IMG/VR virus record: IMGVR_UViG_3300021255_000136
Location: 17,434 to 81,433 of that record
Source of the DNA: a virus
Lineage: Duplodnaviria > Caudoviricetes
Length of the DNA stretch: 64,000 bases
Reading direction: 5' to 3' (one strand)
A program made the translations under genes and the position numbers. Shown here one piece after another: positions 20,301-32,300 of the stretch (position 1 is the stretch's first letter; the number at the start of each line of letters is the position of its first letter). The notes beneath the pieces are model-generated. The model ran no database searches. It was not told the DNA's origin and saw only the letters and a program-made list of their open reading frames with translations.

Positions 20301-23300
20301 TGCCGTCAACGCCACGGAACCATCCAGTATCTTTCCAGATTTCATCCCGGCTGTATCCAGCTATTTCCCTCTGCTCAGCTGATTCGAGTTTACCGAGATC
20401 AGCGCCTTTTGCAGCTGGGCCAGCGAGGCTAAATCTTTTCTCAATTCTGTCTACTTCATCGCGGACAGCTTGAGCGCTCTTCCGTTCTTTCTTTGCCGCA
20501 TCTCTTTCAGCTTTAGTCTGATAAGAGTACGGGAACGGTTCAAGACCTGCCTCTTCACGAGCGGCGTTTACTTCAGAAAGATATTTTCTGTAGTTAGCTT
20601 CAGATAGCCCTGTACCAGTAAGGTCAATTGGAACGCCAACTTCCTGAAGAGCAGAGAGCAAACCGGAAGGTACAACATTGAAAGGCACACCAAGACCGGG
20701 TGCTTCCCTGTCGAGGATCTCCTTGTACTGCTGGGCAACTTCGATGTTGGACAGCTTACGTACCGGCATGAGCCACCGAGAAAGATACACATGTCTTTGT
20801 GTGTTTTCTAACTGGCTTGCTAGGGAGCCGCTCTTCCAGTCGTGCATACCAACAGCATCTTTTGCAGTAACAATATCTCCGTCAGAACGAGTTGCCTTTT
20901 CAGGATCTGTTACACCGAAGTGATAGCCGCTGGTCAGCTCACTCTTTGGAATGGCGCACATATACGTTACCAGGTTGGGACGTTTGTACGCAATGGAGAA
21001 CTGGTCATTGAGAACTACATCGCTAGAGTGCTGGTACGGGTTATACGCAGCCGGTACCACGGAACCATCTACGTCGCTCTTCTCAAGTCCATAAGTCCAG
21101 GATACTTCACCGGTCTTGTCATTGACTTTCTTACCGAGGCTCTTGGAGTTTGGATTGCCTACTGACTCTTCCCACACCCCGGGACGGAGAGCATGCGATT
21201 GGCTCTTCTTGCCTGTCTCGTCTTTCTGCACACCGGCCATAGGAGCAATAAGATATGGATCTCCGTTCTCGTCTTCGTACTCAAGGAATGATTTGTATGT
21301 GTAAACCACATCACCGTTCTCGAGCTGATCGTTAAGGAAGTTCAGCGTATCTGGATCGGAAACAGCGATGGAATACATCGGGTCCATGTCACGCTGTTCA
21401 GAAGTTTTATATCGGTCTATCCTTCTATTATCTTCATCAACAGCTTCGTTCTTAGCTGCTATCTGCTCGTCGTCGAGGAACTGGTTCGGTATATACTTCA
21501 AGAAATGCCCGTCCTGAGGATTGACATTTTTAAAGATATCTGCTATACTATATGTAGCTGATACCAGGGCCGATGCAGGAGTCTTAGATTCCTCCGTCCT
21601 CCCCGTGACGTCAGCTTTTATTTTTGCCAACGCGACGGTCATATACAATTTGCCTCCATCATTGGAGGTATTTTTTATTTCAAATTGTACTGGGACGAGG
21701 CTGTTCTCATCTTTGAAAACACTAAGTAAAACCTTTGTGTCTATTAGATTTCGGCTTTCTCGTTTCGTACCGGCGTATTTATCCGTATGCGCTTCAATTA
21801 GAACTGCCGAATTTAATAAGTCATCGATGTTGATTAGCGCTTTTGCAAAGTCTAAGTAAGTCCCGCCTGTTCTGAGTTGCTTGTGAAGACTCTCCCTTAA
21901 ACCACCGTTTTTAGAAAACAGAAATTCGATTTCTACTTCAGGAGAGGATAAGGCCCGATTTAGTATTCCAAGCTTTTCTGCTAACGGATAAATGACTTTC
22001 TCCGCTCTGCTCTTGGCTATACTCTCTGCTTCCAGCTCGCTAAGTTCTTCTGCATAGTCCTGAGATTTTGTATCGACAACAGCAGTAATAGTACGGTCTT
22101 TAAGTTCCTCGTAGCGCTCATCTTCGGTCATCCCGGCAGATATAGAATACTGCTTATTGACACCCTCACCGTCTTGTGGTATACTATTATTCGACGCTAT
22201 GGGGTGCCGGGCGAACCAATCTTGGTTTTCGCCATTGAAGTCGATGTTCGGATTATTTCTGGATGTCGGCTGGAACGCGACTCCCACGGCGTTATTTTTT
22301 TGCATCATTGCATGGTACAAAATACTACGACCGTCATCAGCTTGCGCTATGCTCAGGATTACAGGATATATATTCTGCCTGTCCATGACGTAAGCTTTTC
22401 TATATTCAAATCCGTTCCTATCCATCCACTGGTGGTTCTCTCTCGGGTCGGTGTCCTGCTCGGAATAGCCCTCGAACTTGGAGATCTGCACTACTTCCGG
22501 AGCGTTGAGGTAGACCATACGAGTCGTGCGGTTCCTGCCTCTACCATACGTTAGCTCTGTCAGAGGATGGTGCGCGTTGCCATGCTTTGATACGTCCTTA
22601 TCTTTGGCATCTGCAAATACAATAGTCTCCGGTACGCCGTAGTCGGATACTGTTCCGATCTCCATACCAGCGAAGTTATTCATAACGAAGTTATTAAACT
22701 CAGCGTTTCTGAAGTACCTGCTCTTGAGGTCAGTATCCATGTAGACAACTTCGTCATAGGTCTGGCCGTTAACGTCTACAACATTCTTTGCGACGGAGAA
22801 CCGCATATCTCGATTACTATCATCAAATCTCTGAGACAGAGGAATAATATTGCCGTCGTCGTCATATGTGACTGCGTCGGCTCTTTTTATATTCTCTGCG
22901 TTCAGCATGATGTAGGACTCGTTACCGGCGTCTTCCATCTCATTGATGTACCGGATGCTGTCGTAACCCAGACCGAGTAAATACTTCTGTGCGGACAGGT
23001 TGGCGATTCTTCCGAGGTCATCGAGATCGTCGTCCGTCACTGCCGCGCCTTCAAATTCGCCCTCGTTGTACAGAGCATCCTGCCAGCGTTGCGCATCCGC
23101 TTCGTACTGGTCATACGCCTCGTTCCTTACCAGAGCCTCTTTGAGTTTCTTCGAGTTGGCCTTGGTCCACTTGGTATTAACAGCGCGTCTCGGAATGTAC
23201 CCGTCCTCGATCCAGTCATCGACGTCGTCCATCATGTTCTTCAGGGCCATAGGATCGCCCCACACATCCGGTGTACGGAGTGTGTTCTCCATCTTGAGAT

Positions 23301-26300
23301 ACACATCGTAGATGCCAGGGTTGTCACCGAGGTTGTTGTACAGGTTGTTGTAGAATGCCTCAGCTGCAGCTCGCGTACCGAAGTGAACACCAAGTTCGTT
23401 CGCAGATATCATACGGAATTCATTGAATCCGAATGACTGCGTACCGTGGAATGCTTCCTTCTTGTACCCGGCTTTCTTCGCTGCCTTCTCTACCATAGCC
23501 TGCGCTGTTTCCATGTCGTCGCTCTTTACAGCGTCCATGTACTGCTGGTCGGATTTGCTCAGGCTGTACTGCATACCGGGGTGCTGCTCCTTATACTGGG
23601 CAACGAACTTGTCTACGATACCGTGGGCGACCGGGAATACGTTCGGGTTCTCGTCGTAGCTGTTGAGCATACGATTGACCTGATCCATATTGAAGATAGG
23701 ACGTACCGGCAGCTGGGGTGAACCGTTACCGTTGTTGTCGTACATCTTGAAGTCGATCAGGAGTTTCCAATACCCATCCGTGCTTCCGTCTTCCTTCAGG
23801 GAGTAAGATCCATCCTTATTATCAGTAAGGAACTTGTAGAACTTAGGCCTCTTACCATCCCTTGCACACATCCCGAGATACTTCTCCGCGTTCTCTTTCC
23901 CGGACTTACTGAAGTCCCAGTACTCGTTCGGCATGTAGTTCGTGCATTTGGTTGGGACGTCTCTACCCTGCCATTTGTGCGTGTGCTCTTTGGGATTAAG
24001 CCACTTCTCGTTCTGCTGGTATGTGTAGTCCTTTGTAGTAGCCGGAAGGCCCATAGCTTTGTACTGGGCTTTCTTCCACTGGCTGCGATGGAATGGAATA
24101 ATAAAGTCGATCCGATCATCGGCCAGAGCAGCAAGCAGCTGGGCGTCATCATAGACGCAGCAGATCGTACCGACGTTCCTCGGGTATGCGTTCCTCAACT
24201 CCATAGCTGTGTCGAAGTTCATACCTTCTTTATTATTAAAGACTAATTTACCGTTCTCATCCACAGACCATGCGTCAATACTCAGGTTGATCTTCAGCCC
24301 TGTATCGCCAAGCGCCCATGCGAAGTCAGGTACTTTCGTGTAGGCCTGACCCTGCAGTCCTACTCTACTCATATCCGTTATCACTTGCATAGCATCTATG
24401 AGATGTACGATTTCAAAGTCTGAGAAACTTTGCATGCGGATACCGCCGTTCCGGTTCTTCTCCCGGATCATATCAGCGTCTTCGAAATGCTGACGGATCT
24501 CGCCCTTGTACGCGCTTCTCATCTGGTACAGCTTCGGCTTCTGCTGACTTGCGAACAGGTTCTTGTCGCCCTTCCGTAACGTACCATAGTGGTTCCAGAA
24601 GTACTCGTACTCTTCATATACTTCCGGGTGGTTCTGCCGTACCCACTCAATACCGTCCGGTGTATTCATCTGGGCCATGTTCGGTACCCACTCACCCGGA
24701 TGATATTTCTCGTACAGCTTGAGGAACTCCTTGGTGAAGATGCCCATCGTAGCGCGTGAACCTTCGACGTAGCATTTACCGCAGCTTACTTCGAGCCCGG
24801 CGTCGTCCATCATTGCCCTGATACTCAGAACATCGAACGGAGTCAGTACGGTATTCGGTAATGCGTTCTGGATAGCGCTGAACGTACCGGTGAGCAGTCT
24901 GCGTTTTTTGCACAGTGTGGTGAAGTCAAAGCTTCCGCCATACTCTGCATTGCTTACGAACGGAGACTTGCCGGTGTCTTTATAGTCCAGACGGCCTTTG
25001 TCTTCAGCGATCATCTTGGCCACGCTGTTAACGTCATCAACCCACTTCTCAGCCTGTTCGTAAGTGACACCGAGCTGTTCGACAAGCGCGGTGATGGCCT
25101 TCTCCCTGTCGGTTACGTAGTCGCTTGCGTTCCATGTAGATAGTGAATAAAGTTTATTGGCGCTGTCACCGTTCGTCTCTATCTCGGATGCACCGGAGCT
25201 GAGTGAGAAGAACATCGAAAGATTGGACACATAGTTCTTCTTCGGGGATGCCGCCTTCTCTTTAATATCCATAACGATGGACTCGGGGCTGGTGCTGAAG
25301 TCATAGAATGTGGTTCCGTATCCGCCGTTTATCTCAACCGTGAGCTTCGGATCTTTGGCCCATTGTGAAGAACCCGGCCAGTCCTTGTGCGAGAATACCC
25401 ACTTAATATAATCGAGTAGCTTTTCACACTGCACATCGGTTAGCTCCGCGCCAGCAGACGCCTCGATTGCCGGACCTTCTGCCGCGATACGGACATTGCC
25501 TCTCTCGATGAAGTCCGAGCGATAGTTATTGTTATCGGGTAGCAGCTTAACTCCTGATTGTTTATAAGCCTTTTCGACTGTACTGTGCGTAGCACCACCG
25601 GTCCGCATCCCGTTAGGGTTGTTCTTCATCCAAGTGCGCATTTCCTCCACTTCTTCTGCCGGTTCGCCCATTGCGAGCAAGCTGTCCATCTGCTGGTCAA
25701 TACCGGAGAAGTCCAGCATATCGCCGTATGGTGTGATGTACCCGCCATAGCAAAAGTATGGTGTGGTTCCGAAGATCTCAGTGGCCGCGTCTACTACCTT
25801 GACTGTACTGGATCTGGTAGAATCTTTCCAATCGTCAACGGAAAGGCTGAAGAACATCGCAAACGGTGAGACGTACTTCCGTTTGAAAGAACCGTGCTCA
25901 TAGTAGTAAGCGATCTCGTCTGTTATGTCATCCGCGCTCTGGCCCAGCTTGAATGTCTTGGACTCAGCATTGTTTCCGTTGTCGTCCATGATATCCACCA
26001 TGAATGTATCGGAGCCATGTACGCGTCTGTTCTGCTGTGCCCACTCGATGTATTTCTCGATTGTGGCAAGCTGTTCAGTTGTCGGCGCTGTTGTTTTGAA
26101 GAGGTGAACACCCGGTGCTTCAGGCTGCATACGGATGTTGCCCTGCCTCATGAACTCCACCATGCCTTTATCCTGCATGTTGGTGCCGACGTCGATACCA
26201 ACAGACTTATAGACATTAGCGATTTCACGATGGTCAACAGTACGGTTTTCCTGGAACTTTTCATACGTCTGACGGTCCTGAGGTCTGAGCTCATGGGAGC

Positions 26301-29300
26301 CGGAGAAGTTAAGCATCTGGCCCTGCGGAATAATGTATCCGCCGTGACGATAGTTAGAGGTGATACCGAACGTTCTGATCGATGCCATCTCTACCTTGCG
26401 CTCGTCTTCTGTAGCGTTCTCGTACCAGTCCTGAGCAGAGGAGATGCTGAACCGGAAGTCAGGATCATTGGTCGGGTTTTTGTTGTCCGGGTCCTTGAAC
26501 TGGTTGGACTCGAAGCCGACAACAATCGTGGCGAGCGTTCCGTCCAGAGTACCATCGTCTTTGCCACCTACATCTTCAATGTTTCGGAAGATAACGCCGT
26601 CATAGCCATGAGCATGTGCCCAGTTTACAACGCCGTTAGTGGTCATAGTTCCCGGTATGTCTTCTCTAAACAGGAAATTCTCCTGCTGCTTCGGGTTTCC
26701 TATTCTCTCCAGATATGCCCGGATGCCGTCCTTATCGGAGAGTCTACTCCATATTCCGCCTTCAGCGTCATAGATATACGGATTCTTCAGATTCGCGTAT
26801 AACGGTCTGTTGCCTCTGGTTGTGAAGTCCTCTACCGTCGGCGGTGCAAATTGTTGTGCCAGTTCGATTGCGTCTTCTCTGGACACCATCTCGCCATCGA
26901 ATTCGAATACGGACTCGTTATTCTCATAGGCGTCATACAGTTCGTCGTAGAGGTATTCAAAGTTATCGAGTTCTTCCTCGAGCTGGTTCATGATCTTGTC
27001 TATGAACCTCTTCAGCGATGGCGCGATTTCTGCAATCTCCGGAAGATGATCCCGTGCAATCTTAGCCTGCTCGATAACACCTTCGAAATAGTTATCGGCA
27101 TCACCAGCCGCCGCCTCCATAAGATTCCGTATCCTTTGCGCTGCGTTTAGGAAATCCTTAGAATACGGGGCCAAAGCCATTAGTGTATCGAGACTGTGTG
27201 CGAGAGTATACAGGTTCTCTACATTGTCATACAGTTCGTTCTCGACAAATACTCGACCATAGCCGTCACTGTACCCGGTCTCTTCCTCTGCCCTCTTAGC
27301 AAGGAAGTCGCCCAGCTCGTTGTCGTCCATTTCCTCTATACCCGGTACCTCAGTCATCTCACGCATGGGGTTAACCTCACGCATGGTACCTGAGTAAGAT
27401 CCGGCTATACGAGGATCGTCCACCGCAAAGAAGCTCAGATGGTCTGCCGCCCACTGCGGGTCGAAGATGTTCTGGGTGGCGTGTGTAATAGATCCGTGCC
27501 ACAGCTTCAGCAACCGGCCCAGATTATCTCTGACTCTGGAGCCTTTGAAGTACTCCAGCTGACCTCTGGACAAGCTGGCACCTTGGTTGTCCTCAGCTAC
27601 ATTATCGCCGTCCATAGTTACCGGCTGGCTAAGACTGTACTGCTTGCCCTTCACGAAATCACTGTAGTCCTGCGTCTGGGCTGCTTCGGATGTAGCGTAT
27701 TCTACCAGCTTGTTGTCCAGCTCGAACTTCTGGGCTAGGCGCTGGTATGTCGGCATATCGGACTGAATAAGCGAGACACCATGCATCCACGACATTCTAT
27801 CTATGCCATTTACTAGATCGGCGTACATCTCGTTGAGGACGGCCTGCTCGAATTCCTCTGGGGATTTATTGGCATAGGCGTCTTTGTAAAGGCCGCTATA
27901 ATAGTCGTAGAGCCGGTCGAACAGGGATTTCTTTCCTTTGAAGATTGCTCCTATCGCCTTCTTCAAATACTTAGACCGTTCAGCGTCGTTGAGCTTCTTG
28001 AGCATCTCGTGGGATATCTCGTGGTGCGCATTCTTAATATCCCTGTTGACGTTAATGATCATGGTATCCATGCCGTGATTATTAAAGACCACGCCATCAA
28101 ACGGAGTTCTATTTATTACCTTTCCGTTCTCGTCACGGATCAAGCTGTATAGACCATCCGCGTCAACAAAAAAGACCCGTTCTACGCCAGCGCTTTGTGC
28201 GCGGCGTACAGCAGATCTCTCCTCATTAGTAAGTACGGACTCGTCATCCGAGAAGGAATCGTAGACAACGAAGCCGTGGTTATATTCTATTGTATCTCTC
28301 TTCTTCTCGCCTGACAGGTCGAGAAGAGTTGCGTTTACTCGTCGTCCCCGAAGATCTCGTCCATCAGAGCTTTCTTCCGCCCCTGATATTCCTTCTCCTC
28401 CTCCGCTGTTCTGGGCTTCGGATTCAGCGGATCCCACTTGCCCTGCTGATACAGTTCCAGCTGCTCCTGAGTCATCGGGATTGACGCTCCGTTCGGCAGG
28501 CGTACTATCATTCGGTCGAATATCATTATCTGTTCCTCCATGTCTGGATTGTAGTGTTGCAAGGTCTTCCTGTGCTGCAGCTAACTTACGCTCCACTTCC
28601 TGCAGACGTTCAGCGTTGCCTTTGGGATCATTATATATCCTGTCACGCTCTGATGTCAAGCTAGCTATTTCACGCTGTGTGGACTCGACAGTAGCGCCGA
28701 CATTAGGCACACGGAACGGTTGAGGTGCTGTCTGGGTCTTAGGCGCGGATTTCTTCGACGTGGATTTCTTGGGCTCGCTTTTTGTGCTCTTCGCCTTCTC
28801 TGCAGTCTTGTTCGACGCGGTACGGTCTGGTTTGGTAACGGTGATTCCGTACTCCACTTCCATTGTGCCAAATGTATCGTTGGCTGCACGGTCCATCATC
28901 ATATCGAACTGGAGATGCGCCTCTTCTGCGGATTTGCCCTTCGACACCTCGCTCTCGACAAACTCACGACGTGTCTTCCACGGGAATGACGGATTGAGAC
29001 GTACCTTATCCTCCCAGCTTCTGGGATGGACTTCTCTGGCCCCGAGCTTCTTCTCCAGCTCCTCATCGAGGTTCTTTACCTTCTGCTCTTTGGGGTTCTT
29101 CGGCTTCTCTGTGGTATCCGCCTTGTCGCCCTTCTTCACGACTGCAGCGCCAGTGTCAGTACCCTCAGTCTTGGCCACCCAGTTTATAGCTGCGTTCTGT
29201 CCTGCGCCGTCGAGGATAAGTTTAAATTCTTTCGCCGCTACGTCCAGAGTAACATTAGAGTTCTGAGCGTGGCGCATATTATAATAAGAGTAGACATTGT

Positions 29301-32300
29301 AAGTCCTGCGCCCGATCTTTATCTGACGACCGGCCACATCCTTTGCACTCTGCGGTATAGACGCCTGATAGGAAGCTATCCTGGTCTGCGGGTCCAGACG
29401 AGGTGCTGGCTGTGCCGCCTTGGACTCAGTCTTCGTCGTGGTCTTGGAGGACTGTACACGCGGTGCTCTATTCTCTGTAGCCGCACCTGGCATTGAAGTA
29501 TTAGCCGGAGGGATAACGTCCATACGGAATGCTTCGATATTCGGGTTGTTCGTACCACCAAGCTGAGCCTGTTGTCTTGCCTGCATCAGCTGCGCAAGAT
29601 TGTCATTTGCATGAACGGGTGTAGGAGTAGGACCATAGGAGCCTTGTGTATACCCCATGGACCTGTTCATCTGTTGCTGGCCACGATACTCGCGTTCGTT
29701 GTTCTGGCTAATACCCGCGCTTCTGGCTTCCCGCTGTTCAATGTTGGCATTAGCAAGACGGAAGAATTTCCATGTGTTGTTCAGTACGTCGTTGATATCC
29801 CCGGTCTGGATAACCTTCAGGAGATCCTCAGACTGCTGGCCTACCGTATTAAGAATGTAGTTGTAGATCGCATTCCTCGTATTGTAGTCCTTCATGAAGT
29901 CTTGCGCTGCGAACTCCTGTATGCTCTTATAAGTAATACGAGCAGAACCTTTGAGTATTCCTTCTAGGAAAGACTGTACATCCGCTGCTGTACCTGCATC
30001 CAGACCATATTTGTCATGGAGCGTGGTACCGATATCCGAAAGAACAATACTATTCGGATTTTGAGTCTTGGCATAGAGGTACGCCATAGACTCCGTATTC
30101 TGTCTGGCCTCGTGGTCAAACTCGTTAACAGCGTTGAAGAACCAGTTCGGCATGGTTTTGAACATACCCTCGCCGTTCTCGAGGACAATAGCGTTGAACA
30201 TACCCGGATCGAACTCACGAACCATAAGAGCCAGCTTACCGATATCTCTTGCAATATCTCCGGTCTTGGCCGTGTTGTTGGCCTGTTGTTGCTCCAGATA
30301 CTTCAGTCGTGATGCGTCGTTCGGTCGGCTCTGGTTGTTCTTCATCCGCTCATAGATCTCTGCGATCTCGGCTTGGATTCTAGTACCGTTCTCAGCCACC
30401 GCCTGCATTCTACTGTTCCAGCGGTTACGGATGTCCTGAGCAAGTGATGTAATCTCTCTTGCCTGCTCGCCTTTGTCGAAACCTCTGTAGTCCGTCTCGC
30501 CGTTCCCTTCAGTCGGGCCCGGAGTAGGAGTACCTTCTGTGTGAGTTCGTGCAGTGGTTCCTTCTGTAGCGGTTTCTGTATCGGTGGTCGTGTCCTGCGG
30601 GTTCTGTACTCTAAGCGGCTCACCTTTCTGGGTATCGGCACTCGGTTCGCCATTCCGGGAAAGCTCGGTGCCGTCTACCGTAGACTGTTCCTGCTTGGTA
30701 TCTTTGCCCACAGAGTATTGCTTGCCATTGCTGCTATCGGCCATCGCTGCCCTGTAGTCTTTTAGATACTGGCGGGCATCGTTTCTCTCAGTTTCTGCCT
30801 GCTGGCGCATAGTTTCAAAGTTGCCCATCGCTTCATCTACAAAGCTCTTGGTCTCCGAGTGTTTATTGAGCTCGTGGAGTACAAAGTCTATGCCGTACCA
30901 TAGTGTGGCATAGTCGGTTTTTTCGCTTACTCCTTTTTTCCGGTTGCCCGCGTCACCGAGGTCAATAGTCGTCCCATCGCTGAAATTAATCCAAGCTTCG
31001 ACGGCTACATCTGTAGGCGCCTTCGTGGCCTTATCAAGTCCGCCATTAAAATATTTCTTACGCTGCTTGTCTATTTCTTCTCGCGAGAACCCAGATTCTG
31101 CGAGAGCACGAAGATCGTATGGGGAATCAACATGAATTACCGTGCCGTCGGCAAGAGTCCATTCGTAACCGAAGTTGTTCGAGTTAGTCCAGTGATCGAC
31201 GTCTTTGGCTTGGTCCATCATACTGAACAGTGCGAAAGCATCTTTAGCGTCATTAAGCCGCGTAAATTTATCGGATGCATTATACACATTATTCTGTGCT
31301 TCTTCTAGTCCCGCAATCCGTTCTGCTTTTGTCTTTCCGGTAAGATCAATTGGCTTCTTATCTTTACCGGGAGCAGACGCGTCTTCTTTGCCGCTATTCT
31401 GCTGATCGTCAAATTGTTCCTTCGTGGGGATTACAGGTGTAGCAGGCGCCTCGTTTTGTTGCTCCGCTTCGGCAACTTCCGGTGCCTGCTCTGTAATCGG
31501 ACTAGCAGGGGTCTGGTCTACTGATGCTGGCTCAACTGGGGCCGTGGCTTCTTCAGTCGTCGTTCCGGTTGTTTCACTTGTCGCGCCGGAGGTTACTGAC
31601 GGGGCATCACTAGTATGCGCGAGAAGGTACTGCATCGCGTCATTGTATTTGCCGCGTACGTCGTTAAGTTTATTCTGTAGTTTTTCAACCGCTGAATCAT
31701 ACCAGCCATTTAGAATATCGGCGACATCTTTATTTGCATTTCCTATCTTCTCAATGGTCTGATCTATTCCGTCTTCTTGTTTATAATTATAACTTGCGAC
31801 GTACTCTGCCTGAGATTTAAATGTCTGTGTCTTTCCCTTTGCCCCCGCATTGAAACCGGTGATTGTTCCGTCTCCGTTGTATATAAACGCTCTCGGGAAG
31901 AGATGATGTTTATCCCCGTCTGCGAATTCAATGTGGATGTTCTTTCCGTTTGCAAGCTGTTTTTCATAGGCCACGCCATTACCAAAGATTGTAGGTACCT
32001 TCTTACCCGTTCTTGCAATGGTAGAGAATATTGTCGCAGCTCTGCCATTCTGCTGCAGCTTCTCAAGCCTATCTTCAAGCCCTGTCTGTTCCTGATTCAG
32101 CTTGACAAGGTTGTCGTAGTTCTCGTTATATTTCTGCTGCTCTGGCGTTAGCTCTTCTTTTGTGACTTCGGGAGCGTTCTCCGATACTCCTTCTGCTTCA
32201 GAGCTTCCGTTCTTCACTTCAGCAGCAAGTCCAGCCTTAGCTGAACGGATCTGGTCAGCCATGTTCTTGATCGTACCAGTGAGCTCTATGCCGGTGATAG

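Noticed and set aside
30342-30653. Third nested +1-frame ORF (103 aa) in a linker of the giant gene
   Set aside because: No Shine-Dalgarno before the ATG, and its R/T/P-rich composition looks like a frame shadow. Worth rechecking only if it is conserved.
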